A DNA stretch of 64,000 bases from an uncultured bacterium (GTDB taxonomy: Bacteria > Acidobacteriota > Thermoanaerobaculia > Multivoradales > JAHZIX01): assembly GCA_965368975.1 (NCBI GenBank), contig CBDUPA010000002.1:64001-128000 (forward strand), in the 5' to 3' direction. Below, piece after piece: positions 38,521 through 47,540 of this stretch. A program made the translations under genes and the position numbers. Position 1 is the first letter of the stretch, and each line of letters starts with the position of its first letter. The notes under the pieces were generated by a model. The model searched no databases. It saw nothing but the letters and a program-made list of their open reading frames with translations, and was not told the DNA's origin.

Positions 38521-39327
38521 ATGAGCATGAACGCAGTAGAAGAGAAGAACCGCTACCGCGCCGTAAGAGCCTGGTGGCTGCCGGCGATGTGGATCACGCT
38601 ACTCGTCGGGGGTGGCCTCGGTGACGGGACCGCCGCGGCACAGTCGAGCCAGCAGCTTCCCGAGATCGTCGAACGCTCGATCGCCTTTCACGGCGGCGAG
38701 AGCTACGCCGACTTCCAGGCCGAGCTGCAGTTGTGCTCACGCTCTGGCTGCTTCGACCTGCAGGTGAGGGAGCAGGGCGGCGTCTACGACTACACGGCCG
38801 CCGGAGCCAGCAGCGGGGGTCACTTGAAGGTGCGGGTGACCAACGACAGCGTCGAGCGCTGGCTCGACGGCGAATCCCAGGCGGTAGACACCGAGGACGA
38901 GCAGCGCTGGCGCGACTGGGTGTCGTCCAAGCTCTACTTCTGCTTCCTGCCTTACCGCCTGGCAGATCCCAGCGTCTACTTCCAGGATCTGAGCTTAGAG
39001 GACTGGAACGGCCGTCAGTTGCACAAGGTCAAGGTCACCTTCGCACCGGAGAGCAGCACCGATGCCAGCGACGAGTACCTCTACTGGTTCGACCCCGAGA
39101 GCGCCCGCCTGGAGCAATTCGCCTACAGCTTCGAGGGCAACCCGGGCGGCCTACGCTTCCGCCAGGGGCACAACTACCGGCGCGCCGGGGAGTTGCTCTT
39201 CTTCGACCAGCACAACCTGGGCGTCGAAGGTGACCAGCTGCACGTCGACGACCTGACGCCAGAGATGGTGGCCGACATGCGCACCGTGTCGGAAGTCGAA
39301 TGCCGCGATCCCAAGCTCGTGCGCTGA
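38521..39327 (+). CDS. Secreted hypothetical protein (DUF6503-like)
   Basis: Signal peptide; IVERSIAFHGG, YFCFLPYRLADP, VKVTF, DEYLYWFD. Confidence 0.7.
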   Translation: MSMNAVEEKNRYRAVRAWWLPAMWITLLVGGGLGDGTAAAQSSQQLPEIVERSIAFHGGESYADFQAELQLCSRSGCFDLQVREQGGVYDYTAAGASSGGHLKVRVTNDSVERWLDGESQAVDTEDEQRWRDWVSSKLYFCFLPYRLADPSVYFQDLSLEDWNGRQLHKVKVTFAPESSTDASDEYLYWFDPESARLEQFAYSFEGNPGGLRFRQGHNYRRAGELLFFDQHNLGVEGDQLHVDDLTPEMVADMRTVSEVECRDPKLVR

Positions 39328-39365
39328 GCGGACGACAGAACTCGAAGGACCAACGAGAAAACGGT

Positions 39366-39404
39366 CAAAAATCAAACAGGGCCCGGATCCCTGGATCCGA
39401 GCCC
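39366..39404 (-). terminator. Rho-independent terminator (minus strand)
   Basis: Minus strand GGGCTCGGATCC-AG-GGATCCGGGCCC then TGTTTGATTTTT. Confidence 0.7.
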
Positions 39405-39524
39405 ATCAAACTCCTTCTCCTCCTCCTGAGGCCCCTTTTGGGCTCGGGTCGCTTCCATGAGTGGCGACTCGAGAGTCCTGTCTAACCTCAGTCGGGTACG
39501 GAGCTGATTCGTCTCCAGCACCCG
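39366..39524 (-). ncRNA. Candidate structured non-coding RNA (~160 nt), possibly derived from an IS110 non-coding end
   Basis: TAAGCT (-10-like, 39535-39530); 5' hairpin CGGGTGC..GTACCCG; long stem CTGAGG/CCTCAG with large internal loop; purine run; terminator. Confidence 0.45.
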
Positions 39525-39586
39525 GTTTCAGCTTAGGAGTGCAGTTGCCCCCCTGAAGCGTGACACCGGTAGGAGGTTTTTTCTCA

Positions 39587-39763
39587 TCAGTCTTCGCTAT
39601 CGCGGCTGAATCGGGGCGGCCAGCGCCCCGCTCGACGCAGTGCCTGGACGAGCAAGTACTCGATCTGACCGTTGACACTGCGCAGTTCGTCATCCGACCA
39701 ACGCTGTAGAGCGTCGAACAGACGCGGATCCACGCGCATCAGGAAAGCTTTTCGCTTGGCCAC
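39587..39763 (-). CDS. Arc/CopG-like ribbon-helix-helix DNA-binding protein (58 aa, absent from ORF track)
   Basis: GAGGAG RBS, GTG; [40 protein letters not shown]; directly after the SPFH gene. Confidence 0.85.
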   Translation of the reverse strand: MAKRKAFLMRVDPRLFDALQRWSDDELRSVNGQIEYLLVQALRRAGRWPPRFSRDSED

Positions 39764-39789
39764 AGAGCGGCTCCTCGCTCGCGCTCGAC

Positions 39790-40731
39790 TCAGTTGTGCA
39801 GGGTACCGGTGTTGATCACCGGCTGCGTGTGGCGGTCACTGCACAGGACGACGAGCAGATTGCTGACCATCGCCGCCTTGCGCTCTTCGTCCAACTCGAT
39901 CACCTTCTGCTGCGACAGCATCTCGAGCGCGTGCTCGACCATGCCGACGGCACCTTCGACGATCTTCTGACGCGCAGCGACGACCGCGCTCGCCTGCTGC
40001 CGCTGCAACATGGCGGCGGCGATCTCCGGCGCGTAGGCGAGGTGACTGATACGCGCTTCCATGACTTCGACACCCGCCGCCCGCAAACGCGCCTGTACCT
40101 GCTTTCGGAGCTGCTTGGAGATCTCTTGCGTGTTGCCGCTGAGCGAGATCTCCTCGCCCTCGTTGCGATCGTAGGGATAGGCAGTGGCCAGGTTGCGCAG
40201 CGCGGCTTCGCTCTGCACACGCACGTAGTCGTTGTAGTCGTCGACGTTGAACATGGCCTCGGCGGTATCGAACACCCGCCACACGACGACGGCACCGATC
40301 TGCACCGGGTTGCCGCTGCTGTCGTTCACCTTCAGCTTGTCGGTTTCGAAGTTGCGGGTGCGCACCGATACTGCCGTCTTGGTGAAGAACGGATTGGCCC
40401 AGCGCAGCCCGGCATCGTGCACCGTGCCGCGGTAGTCACCGAACAACTGCAGCACTTTGGCCTCGTTCGGATTGACAACGAAGAGGCCGACCAGCCCCAG
40501 GATGCCCGTGAACATGGTCAGAAAGGCCGGAAGCAGGATGATCGGCTGGCCGGCTCGTGCGGCGACAACGATCAGAGCGATACCGCCGAGCAGCACCAGG
40601 AGCGACAAGAAAAGCATCGGCAAGCCGGCACGCGCCTGTACCTCGAACTCTTCGACATTCGTGCGTAGCGTCGGGACCATCTCGTCATGGTTGCCTCCAG
40701 GTGACACGGATTGAACTTCCTTCTCAGCCAT
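39790..40731 (-). CDS. SPFH/band-7 domain membrane protein
   Basis: Two TM helices; [67 protein letters not shown]. Confidence 0.93.
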   Translation of the reverse strand: MAEKEVQSVSPGGNHDEMVPTLRTNVEEFEVQARAGLPMLFLSLLVLLGGIALIVVAARAGQPIILLPAFLTMFTGILGLVGLFVVNPNEAKVLQLFGDYRGTVHDAGLRWANPFFTKTAVSVRTRNFETDKLKVNDSSGNPVQIGAVVVWRVFDTAEAMFNVDDYNDYVRVQSEAALRNLATAYPYDRNEGEEISLSGNTQEISKQLRKQVQARLRAAGVEVMEARISHLAYAPEIAAAMLQRQQASAVVAARQKIVEGAVGMVEHALEMLSQQKVIELDEERKAAMVSNLLVVLCSDRHTQPVINTGTLHN

Positions 40732-40903
40732 CACGTTCTCCTTTGTTCCAAGATCCGGGAACGCGCCCGGACCGGTCACGAGTCAATTTGGGATCCGGTA
40801 CCGCGAAGGGACCGCTCGTCACGAACTTCGCTGATCGGGGGTCTTCCGGCGAGATGTACGGTCAACCAGGGAGTCAGAAGAACCCCGGGCGAGCCACCCA
40901 GGA

Positions 40904-40931
40904 CGATACCGAAACGATATCACTTCGATAT
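40904..40931. promoter_or_regulatory. Three CGATA direct repeats at 11-bp period (putative RHH operator)
   Basis: CGATACCGAAA CGATATCACTT CGATAT, upstream of the SPFH-Arc operon. Confidence 0.5.
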
Positions 40932-41382
40932 ACGCCCGCGAAAGGCCAGAGTTGCACAGAGGAAGCAATTGAGCCTCGCTAGCCACATCTCACGGAATTC
41001 TTCGTACCCGGAACCCCCCGCAGATCAACCACTAGCGACATGTCGTCGCACTCCACGGTCTTTTTTCTTATTAAGGCGCTGAAAACAAGATCAGAATGTT
41101 GTACAATTCAGGCGCCCTGAGGGAGGAGAGGTGGTAGAGGACCCAAGCAACTGGGCCACCGGATTCCTGTGGGACCGATGAAATCATCCCGTTGATATCC
41201 AGTGACTACGGAAGCTTGGTTTCCTAGGTGGCTCATCAGAGCCACGTACATGTGCTCCAGTGCAGGAATAACCGGTGTTGCCTGCCCGTGAGCGTTTCAA
41301 GGCTAAACCCTGGCTGGGTGATGCCGATCGGCTGAGTTGCACCAAGGACACCGTTGACTTGATCTGTAAGGAGTAGAAGACC

Positions 41383-41721
41383 ATGGAAGCTAGTGTTACT
41401 TCCCAAGACATCGCTCGGATCCGCGAGGACCTCGCCTACGCCCCGGATATCGAGGAAGCTGCCGAACTCATGAGCCTGGCCGGCAACGCAACCCGGCTGA
41501 AGTTGCTCTTTCTGCTAGAGAACCACGAAGAGATCTGCGTGTGCGACCTCGCCGAAATGCTCGGCGTGTCCGTGTCGGCAGTCTCCCAGCACTTGGCAAA
41601 GCTGAAGGCACGTGGCCTCGTGGCGCCTCGCCGTGATGCTCAGACCATCTACTATCGCTTGACCGACCACGCCTTCAACCAGAAGCTTCGCGAGAGCTTC
41701 CTGAAAGAGCTGAAGGGCTGA
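41383..41721 (+). CDS. ArsR/SmtB family transcriptional regulator
   Basis: GNATRLKLL, EICVCDLAEMLGVSVSAVSQHLAKLK, RRDAQTIYYRL; TAAGGAG RBS. Confidence 0.92.
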   Translation: MEASVTSQDIARIREDLAYAPDIEEAAELMSLAGNATRLKLLFLLENHEEICVCDLAEMLGVSVSAVSQHLAKLKARGLVAPRRDAQTIYYRLTDHAFNQKLRESFLKELKG

Positions 41722-41952
41722 CCCCGGCGGGCAGGCGCCCGCCCCCGTGCCTTGCTCCAACGCCCGTCGACATCGACCACAGCGGCTCTCGGCCCCGGTT
41801 GCGATCTCGGCGGGTGTTGTACGTCTGGGGCATCCTCGGCGAAGCCGTCGGCTCTTCGGACTGGACACGCGGCATCGGTTGGATAAACTTGCCGACGAAG
41901 CCGCACCGAGAGCGTAACCGAGCCGTCAATCCCTTCGGGGTAGGAGATCTCC

Positions 41953-42669
41953 ATGAGCCAGAGCCCGCGTCCCAAATTCACCTTTCTCGGCCACGCCACA
42001 GTGCGCTGCGACCTGCCGAGTGGGGAGGTCGTGCTGATCGACCCGTGGGTGAGCGGTAACCCGAGCTGCCCCGATGCCAACAAGGACTTCGACCGCATTG
42101 ATGCGATGCTGATCACCCACTCGCACGCCGATCACATGGCAGATGCCGTCGAGTTGGCCAAGCGGTTCAAGCCCAAGAAGGTCGTGGCTACCTACGAGCT
42201 GTGCCAGTGGCTCAGCAGCAAGGGAGTCGAGAACTGCTCCGGCATGAACCTGGGCGGCAGTCAGGAGGTGCTGGGCCTGCGCGTCAGCATGGTGCGAGCT
42301 GACCATTCGAGCAGCTTGGAAGAGGACGGCATGCTGCTGGACGGTGGCGTCGCCAGTGGCTTCGTGGTCAAGATGAGCACCGGCTACACCTTCTACCACG
42401 CGGGCGACACCGCACTGTTCTCGGACATGAACCTGATCGGAGAACTGTACCGGCCCGAACTCGCCTTCCTACCGATCGGCGACCTGTTCACCATGGATCC
42501 GCACCAGGCTGCCCGGGCCTGCCGTTTCCTCGGTGTCAGCCGCGTCGTACCGATCCACTGGGGAACGTTCCCCTTGCTCACCGGCACGCCGGAGCAGCTG
42601 AAGCAAGAGCTGCGGGATCTCGGCGCCAACTGCGAGGTGATCCGCCTCGAGCCCGGGGATAGCCACTGA
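41953..42669 (+). CDS. Metallo-beta-lactamase-fold hydrolase (UPF0173)
   Basis: FLGHA, LIDPW, THSHADH, ADHSS, YHAGDT, PIGD, PIHWGTF. Confidence 0.9.
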   Translation: MSQSPRPKFTFLGHATVRCDLPSGEVVLIDPWVSGNPSCPDANKDFDRIDAMLITHSHADHMADAVELAKRFKPKKVVATYELCQWLSSKGVENCSGMNLGGSQEVLGLRVSMVRADHSSSLEEDGMLLDGGVASGFVVKMSTGYTFYHAGDTALFSDMNLIGELYRPELAFLPIGDLFTMDPHQAARACRFLGVSRVVPIHWGTFPLLTGTPEQLKQELRDLGANCEVIRLEPGDSH

Positions 42670-42818
42670 TCAAGCCAGTCGAGCCTCCCTCCTGGCCACC
42701 ATCCGCGCAGCGGCGCAATCGGGAATTTTGCAGTGACGATCCGTCCAAACCTTTGAAAGGCGTGGAGATTCTTCGCTTCTAAAGCTCAGGTATCCAGAGT
42801 GTAGAGAGGAGCACCGAC

Positions 42819-44789
42819 GTGCACGGACGATTTCGATTTGCCTTCAGCGCCCCATCCATTCTCCTGCTCAGTTCGGTGCTTTCGCTGCCAGCGCCGCCGG
42901 CACATGCGTCCTGCCCGGGCTCTGCCGCCGACGACTCTCCCGCCTTCGGTGCCGATCGCCAGTTGTGGGGCGAGCTGCGCCCGATGGATCCCGGACAGCT
43001 ACCCGCGGAGCGGGACAACTCTGACTTCAACCAGTTCGGCAGCTGGCTGAGCAACCCGTACTTCCAGTCGCTGGACATCGAGAACGGCTGGCTCTTCACC
43101 GCGGCCAGTCAACGCTTCCAGGTCTGGAACACCACACCAGACCCTGGGCAGCCCCAGCTCACCGCTGACATCGGCATCGACCGGATGGACCTCCTGTGGG
43201 GAGCCGACGCACACGCCTTCCTCATCTTCCAGGACGTCGATGCACCACCAGGCCGCGACGATATCGTCGCCCTGGTGGGCCACTTCGGCACTGGCTTGGT
43301 GGTCTTCGATACCGCGGACAAGGCTGACCCCAGAGTCATCTACCAGGACTCCGGCCCAGGCAATCCGCCGGTACGGAAGACCCCCCAGGTTTACAGCACC
43401 GAGATCGGCGGCCGAGCCTACGCTTTCGTCGCCGCTAAGAGTTCCTCGGGCGGCCTGCTGGTCTACGACCTCGACGCCGCCCGCGAGTTCTATGCCAACA
43501 ATCAGACCCGCTGCGTAGAGCAACATCCGCAACAGGATTGTGCCGGTGTCTTCCTGGGGCGTATCGGAAGCGACGAGGCTGCCGAGTTCGTCGACGGTAC
43601 GGGTTCCTACGTAGCCGTCTCCTCGATCGCCAACCCTTACGGGGTCAAGATCTGGGACGTCAGCAACCCGAACTCCCCTTCGTTGCTGCTGGATGACCTG
43701 CCTGACGATCTGGTCTGGGGGGTTGCCCTTTGGCAGGATGGAGGTAGCTACTACCTGGCACTACGCACTATCTTCGAACTGCGCATCTACGACGTCACCT
43801 GTATAGCCCAGGGGCCGTGCCAGCTGGGAAGCGCCATCTGGAGTCAAGCCGCGGACTTCCCGTCACAAGCTGGCCTGGGCACAGTGACCCATAGCTGGTC
43901 CGAAGAAACCCCCATCCTCTACTGGGGAGGCAGCAGGAATTGTCCGCTGTTCCCGCAAGACGAGTGGCTGCAAGACGTCAGCAATCCAGCGGCCCCACGC
44001 GAGATCTCGCCACCGGACCAGGTCATGGTTGGCGAGGATACCGTCACCTATTGGTCCTGGTACTACCCGTCACACAACTACTCCGGCTATTTCCAAGTCA
44101 AGCCGCTGGCCGGTAAGTTCCACGGCCCCTACTTCTATCGCGCCGCCTTCAGCCTCCTCGACGTGCACCAATGGACCACGATGCTTCCCCCGGTCGCCGA
44201 GTTCACGGTGTCGTCAAATCCAGCCTTCGTGGGCCGCGACCTCGACCTGACCGATATCTCGATCGGCCTGCCGCAGAACTGGGACTGGACCTTTGCACCG
44301 GACGCAACCCCAACCTCCTCGACCAACCAGCATCCGAGCACGGTGTTCAGCACGCCTGGCGTCAAGACGATCTCACTCGAAGTGCAGAACGCCGTTGGCA
44401 CCGACACCACGAGCCTGCAGCTCGAGGTGCAGAACCCGGAGCCGGCAAGCAGCGGTATCGCCGCCTCGACCACGGCGGCGCAGGTGTGCCAGACGCTGAT
44501 CTTCACGGCCCAAGACGTCACCGGCGAGCCGCCGCTCACAGTCACCTGGAAGGTTCTGGACGACCAAGACCTGACCGTCACCACCGGCACAGGCAACCCC
44601 TTCATCTGGAAAACACCGACCACGACAACGGCCGGCACCTACAGCGCCGAGGTCACCGTCGGCAATGCACTCGGTGAAGCCGTCCAGACGATCGAACTTC
44701 ACCTCGCGAACCCGGCCCATGGCCTGACGGCTCTGCACTGCGACGCATTCGAGCTGGGTGACCTGGGCGCCTGGAGCAGCACCCTGTAA
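42819..44789 (+). CDS. Secreted LVIVD-like repeat and PKD-domain protein
   Basis: Signal peptide; GLVVFDT, GLLVYDL, GVKIWDVSNP repeats; PKD PVAEFT...WDWTF...PG...LEVQNAVG; C-terminal LHCDAFELGDLGAWSS. Confidence 0.8.
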   Translation: MHGRFRFAFSAPSILLLSSVLSLPAPPAHASCPGSAADDSPAFGADRQLWGELRPMDPGQLPAERDNSDFNQFGSWLSNPYFQSLDIENGWLFTAASQRFQVWNTTPDPGQPQLTADIGIDRMDLLWGADAHAFLIFQDVDAPPGRDDIVALVGHFGTGLVVFDTADKADPRVIYQDSGPGNPPVRKTPQVYSTEIGGRAYAFVAAKSSSGGLLVYDLDAAREFYANNQTRCVEQHPQQDCAGVFLGRIGSDEAAEFVDGTGSYVAVSSIANPYGVKIWDVSNPNSPSLLLDDLPDDLVWGVALWQDGGSYYLALRTIFELRIYDVTCIAQGPCQLGSAIWSQAADFPSQAGLGTVTHSWSEETPILYWGGSRNCPLFPQDEWLQDVSNPAAPREISPPDQVMVGEDTVTYWSWYYPSHNYSGYFQVKPLAGKFHGPYFYRAAFSLLDVHQWTTMLPPVAEFTVSSNPAFVGRDLDLTDISIGLPQNWDWTFAPDATPTSSTNQHPSTVFSTPGVKTISLEVQNAVGTDTTSLQLEVQNPEPASSGIAASTTAAQVCQTLIFTAQDVTGEPPLTVTWKVLDDQDLTVTTGTGNPFIWKTPTTTTAGTYSAEVTVGNALGEAVQTIELHLANPAHGLTALHCDAFELGDLGAWSSTL

Positions 44790-44864
44790 CCCTCGGCGAC
44801 GGCGGGACCGCCGAAACCGATGCAGTGGTCTGTGGGTGGGACAGTCTGCTAGCATCGGAGCTGT

Positions 44865-45935
44865 ATGCTGAAACAACTGAGCCTCGCCGTACTACTGCTC
44901 GTCCCCGTGTGGACCGCTCCTTTGCCAGCGGCGGAGGGATCGATCTCCGGCACCGTTCGCGACGCTGACGGTAACCCCTTGGAAGGGGTCAAGGTGACCG
45001 TGCAGGCTGTGACCGGCGCAGAAGTGCAGATGGCGGTGAAGACCAACAGTCACGGAAAGTATCGGGCTGTTCTGCCCTACTTCAGCCGCGCTTTCCACTT
45101 CAGCCTGGAAAAAGACGGCTTCTTCACCCTTTCCGAGACCATCGAGCTAAATTTCACGCGGTCCAACGAGGTATTCAATGAGCGCCAGGACTTCGTCCTG
45201 CAGCCGCTACCGGAAGGCTTCGAGAGTTCCGCCGTGGTACGAGACGATGACGCCGCGCTCTACGAGTACCACCCGGCCAACGCACGGTACAACAGGGCCG
45301 CAGACTACCTGACGAAGGGCCGCCTGGCGGATGCTCGCGACCGCTTCCAAGCCATCGTCGATGAGTTTCCAGACTACGGCCGCGGCTTTACTGGTCTGGC
45401 CATGACCCACTTGCAGCTCGAAGACTACGTCGCCGCCAGCGAGGCCGCCGAGCGTGCTCTGAAGGTCTACGACCGCGACCTGCGCGCGATGCAGGTGAGA
45501 CACCAAGCCTATGCCGCCCTGGGCGACGAGCGGGCGGCGGCGACACTCGATGCCTTGCTGGCAGTGAAACCAGCGCCCGAGTTCGCGGCACTGGTCTACA
45601 ACGAGGGTGTCCGGCTACTCGAAGACGAGCACCTCGACGCCGCCGGCGCGCGATTCGAACAGGCCCTGCGCCTGGACCCCGGCAGACTCGACGCGCGGCG
45701 CGGTCACATTGACATCCTCTTCCAGCAGCAGGACTATGAGGCCGCCATCGAGGCGGCGGAAGAGTTCTTGCAGAAACAGGCATCGGACTTGCATATACTT
45801 CAGTTGCGCTACGAAGCCTACCGCGCCCTCGGCGACACTCGGAAGGCCCGCAGAGCCCGCAAGGATCTGGACGATGCACTCCAGCCCGAGGCTTCCGATA
45901 GCGACGATCCCTTCGACGACTACAACCCAGGATGA
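44865..45935 (+). CDS. Secreted carboxypeptidase-regulatory-like domain plus TPR protein
   Basis: Signal peptide; ISGTVRDADGNPLEGVKV...EKDGF; TPR helices (YNEGV). Confidence 0.85.
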   Translation: MLKQLSLAVLLLVPVWTAPLPAAEGSISGTVRDADGNPLEGVKVTVQAVTGAEVQMAVKTNSHGKYRAVLPYFSRAFHFSLEKDGFFTLSETIELNFTRSNEVFNERQDFVLQPLPEGFESSAVVRDDDAALYEYHPANARYNRAADYLTKGRLADARDRFQAIVDEFPDYGRGFTGLAMTHLQLEDYVAASEAAERALKVYDRDLRAMQVRHQAYAALGDERAAATLDALLAVKPAPEFAALVYNEGVRLLEDEHLDAAGARFEQALRLDPGRLDARRGHIDILFQQQDYEAAIEAAEEFLQKQASDLHILQLRYEAYRALGDTRKARRARKDLDDALQPEASDSDDPFDDYNPG

Positions 45936-46077
45936 CCTCACCCAGAGACGGGTACACTTTCACCTGGAGACAAATCTACCCCGAGGACGCTCCCGCGTAC
46001 GGGAGCCCTATGGTGACTCCAGACCATCTGGAAGACCGCTCCGGAGCCAAGCTCCGGGAGACATATCAGGAGGAACG

Positions 46078-47364
46078 ATGAGACGCACAATCATCACCGT
46101 ATTCGCGCTGGCCCTGGTGCTGGCTCTGGGCATTCCGAGCGACCTGTGGGCCGCCGGTGAAGGCCGCATGTTCGGCACCGTCGTGGACGAGAACCAGGAG
46201 CCGATCGAAGGCGTCAAGGTAACCGTCACCTCGCCTGACTTCCCCGACTTTCGCGAAGAGCGGCTGACCAAGCGCCGCGGCACCTTCTCGATCGTCTTCG
46301 CCCGCGCCTACCTGTCCTACAACTACCGCTTTGAGAAGGACGGCTACCAGACGCTCGAGACCTCGGTGAAGACCAATCTGGGCGGTACGACGCGCAACAC
46401 CTTCGTGCTGGCGACGGAAAACACCATCCAGGTGCCGTCTGCCGACGCTGCCGCCGGCGGCGACGCCAACGCCCTGACCGTCGCTGTCTCCGAAAGCGCA
46501 CTCGCCCGCTTCAACGAAGGCGTGACCGCCTTCCAGGCCGGCGATCACGCCACCGCCGAGGCCGCCTTCAAGGAAGCGCTAGAGAAGGATCCCAACTTCT
46601 ACCAGGCCCACACCGCCCTGGCCGAGCTGTTCCTGAGCATCGATCGTCTGGAAGAAGCAGCCGCGCAGGCCGAGATGGCGCTGGGCGAGAACGCTACCGA
46701 CGCCGCTGCTCTGCGCATCCGCTACGACGCCTACCAAAAGGCTGGTAACGCCGAGAAGGCCGCCGAGGCCGCCGAGGCCTTGAAGGCCGCGGGCAACAAC
46801 ACTGAAGCCGCCAAGGCGATCTACAACGAGGGCGTCGACCTGAGCCATGCCGGCGACACCGCCGGGGCGGTGGCCAAGTTCCAGCAGGCAGTGCAGATGG
46901 ACTCGAACCTGATCCCGGCATTCAACGCCCTTGCGACGCTGTACATGCAGCAAGAGAACTGGGAAGAGGCCGCCAAGGCCGCCGAACAGCTGGTCACCCT
47001 GGAGCCCAACCACCCGCAGGCCCTACGCATCCGTGTCGACGCCTACGGCAGGCTCAGCGAGGCCGACAAGCTGCGCGATGCCCTGGTCGACCTCGGCACC
47101 GTAGACCCACAGGTCGCCGTCGAGAACCTCTACAACATGGGGATCAACCTCTACAACGAGAGCAAGACCGACGAGGCCGCGGCGATGTTCGAGAGCGCGC
47201 TGACCGTCAGCCCGGACTACCCGAAGGCGCACTACTACCTGGGTCTCGCGTACGTCAACTCGGGCAAGAACGACCTGGCCAAGCAGCACCTGGCGCGCTT
47301 CATCGAGCTGGCCCCAGAGGACAGCGAAGCGCCCCTGGCCAAGGAGATGATGAGCTACCTGTAA
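46078..47364 (+). CDS. Secreted carboxypeptidase-regulatory-like domain plus TPR protein (paralog)
   Basis: AGGAGG RBS; GTVVDENQEPIEGVKV...EKDGYQT; TPRs ending AHYYLGLAYVNSG...FIELAP. Confidence 0.88.
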   Translation: MRRTIITVFALALVLALGIPSDLWAAGEGRMFGTVVDENQEPIEGVKVTVTSPDFPDFREERLTKRRGTFSIVFARAYLSYNYRFEKDGYQTLETSVKTNLGGTTRNTFVLATENTIQVPSADAAAGGDANALTVAVSESALARFNEGVTAFQAGDHATAEAAFKEALEKDPNFYQAHTALAELFLSIDRLEEAAAQAEMALGENATDAAALRIRYDAYQKAGNAEKAAEAAEALKAAGNNTEAAKAIYNEGVDLSHAGDTAGAVAKFQQAVQMDSNLIPAFNALATLYMQQENWEEAAKAAEQLVTLEPNHPQALRIRVDAYGRLSEADKLRDALVDLGTVDPQVAVENLYNMGINLYNESKTDEAAAMFESALTVSPDYPKAHYYLGLAYVNSGKNDLAKQHLARFIELAPEDSEAPLAKEMMSYL

Positions 47365-47540
47365 GCTCACCCCTCCCCTGAGGCAGAGTCTCCTCTGAAC
47401 GGGCGACTCGCACCTTGCGCCCCCGTGCCGGCTCGACCGCGCGGGGGCGTTCTGCGTCCGGCCGCCGCGGCTGCACCGCTCTGCGCGTAACAACTGTCTC
47501 GGCCCCTGCGTAGAAGACGCTAGATGGAGAGGAGACCGTC

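Noticed and set aside
39406-39693. 95-aa minus ORF from the track
   Set aside because: Overlaps the better-supported Arc-like ORF in another frame and runs through the structured RNA candidate; no RBS.
40780-41380. tRNA or integration site in the 600-bp intergenic gap
   Set aside because: No cloverleaf or T-loop (GTTCGA...CCA) pattern and no integrase nearby.
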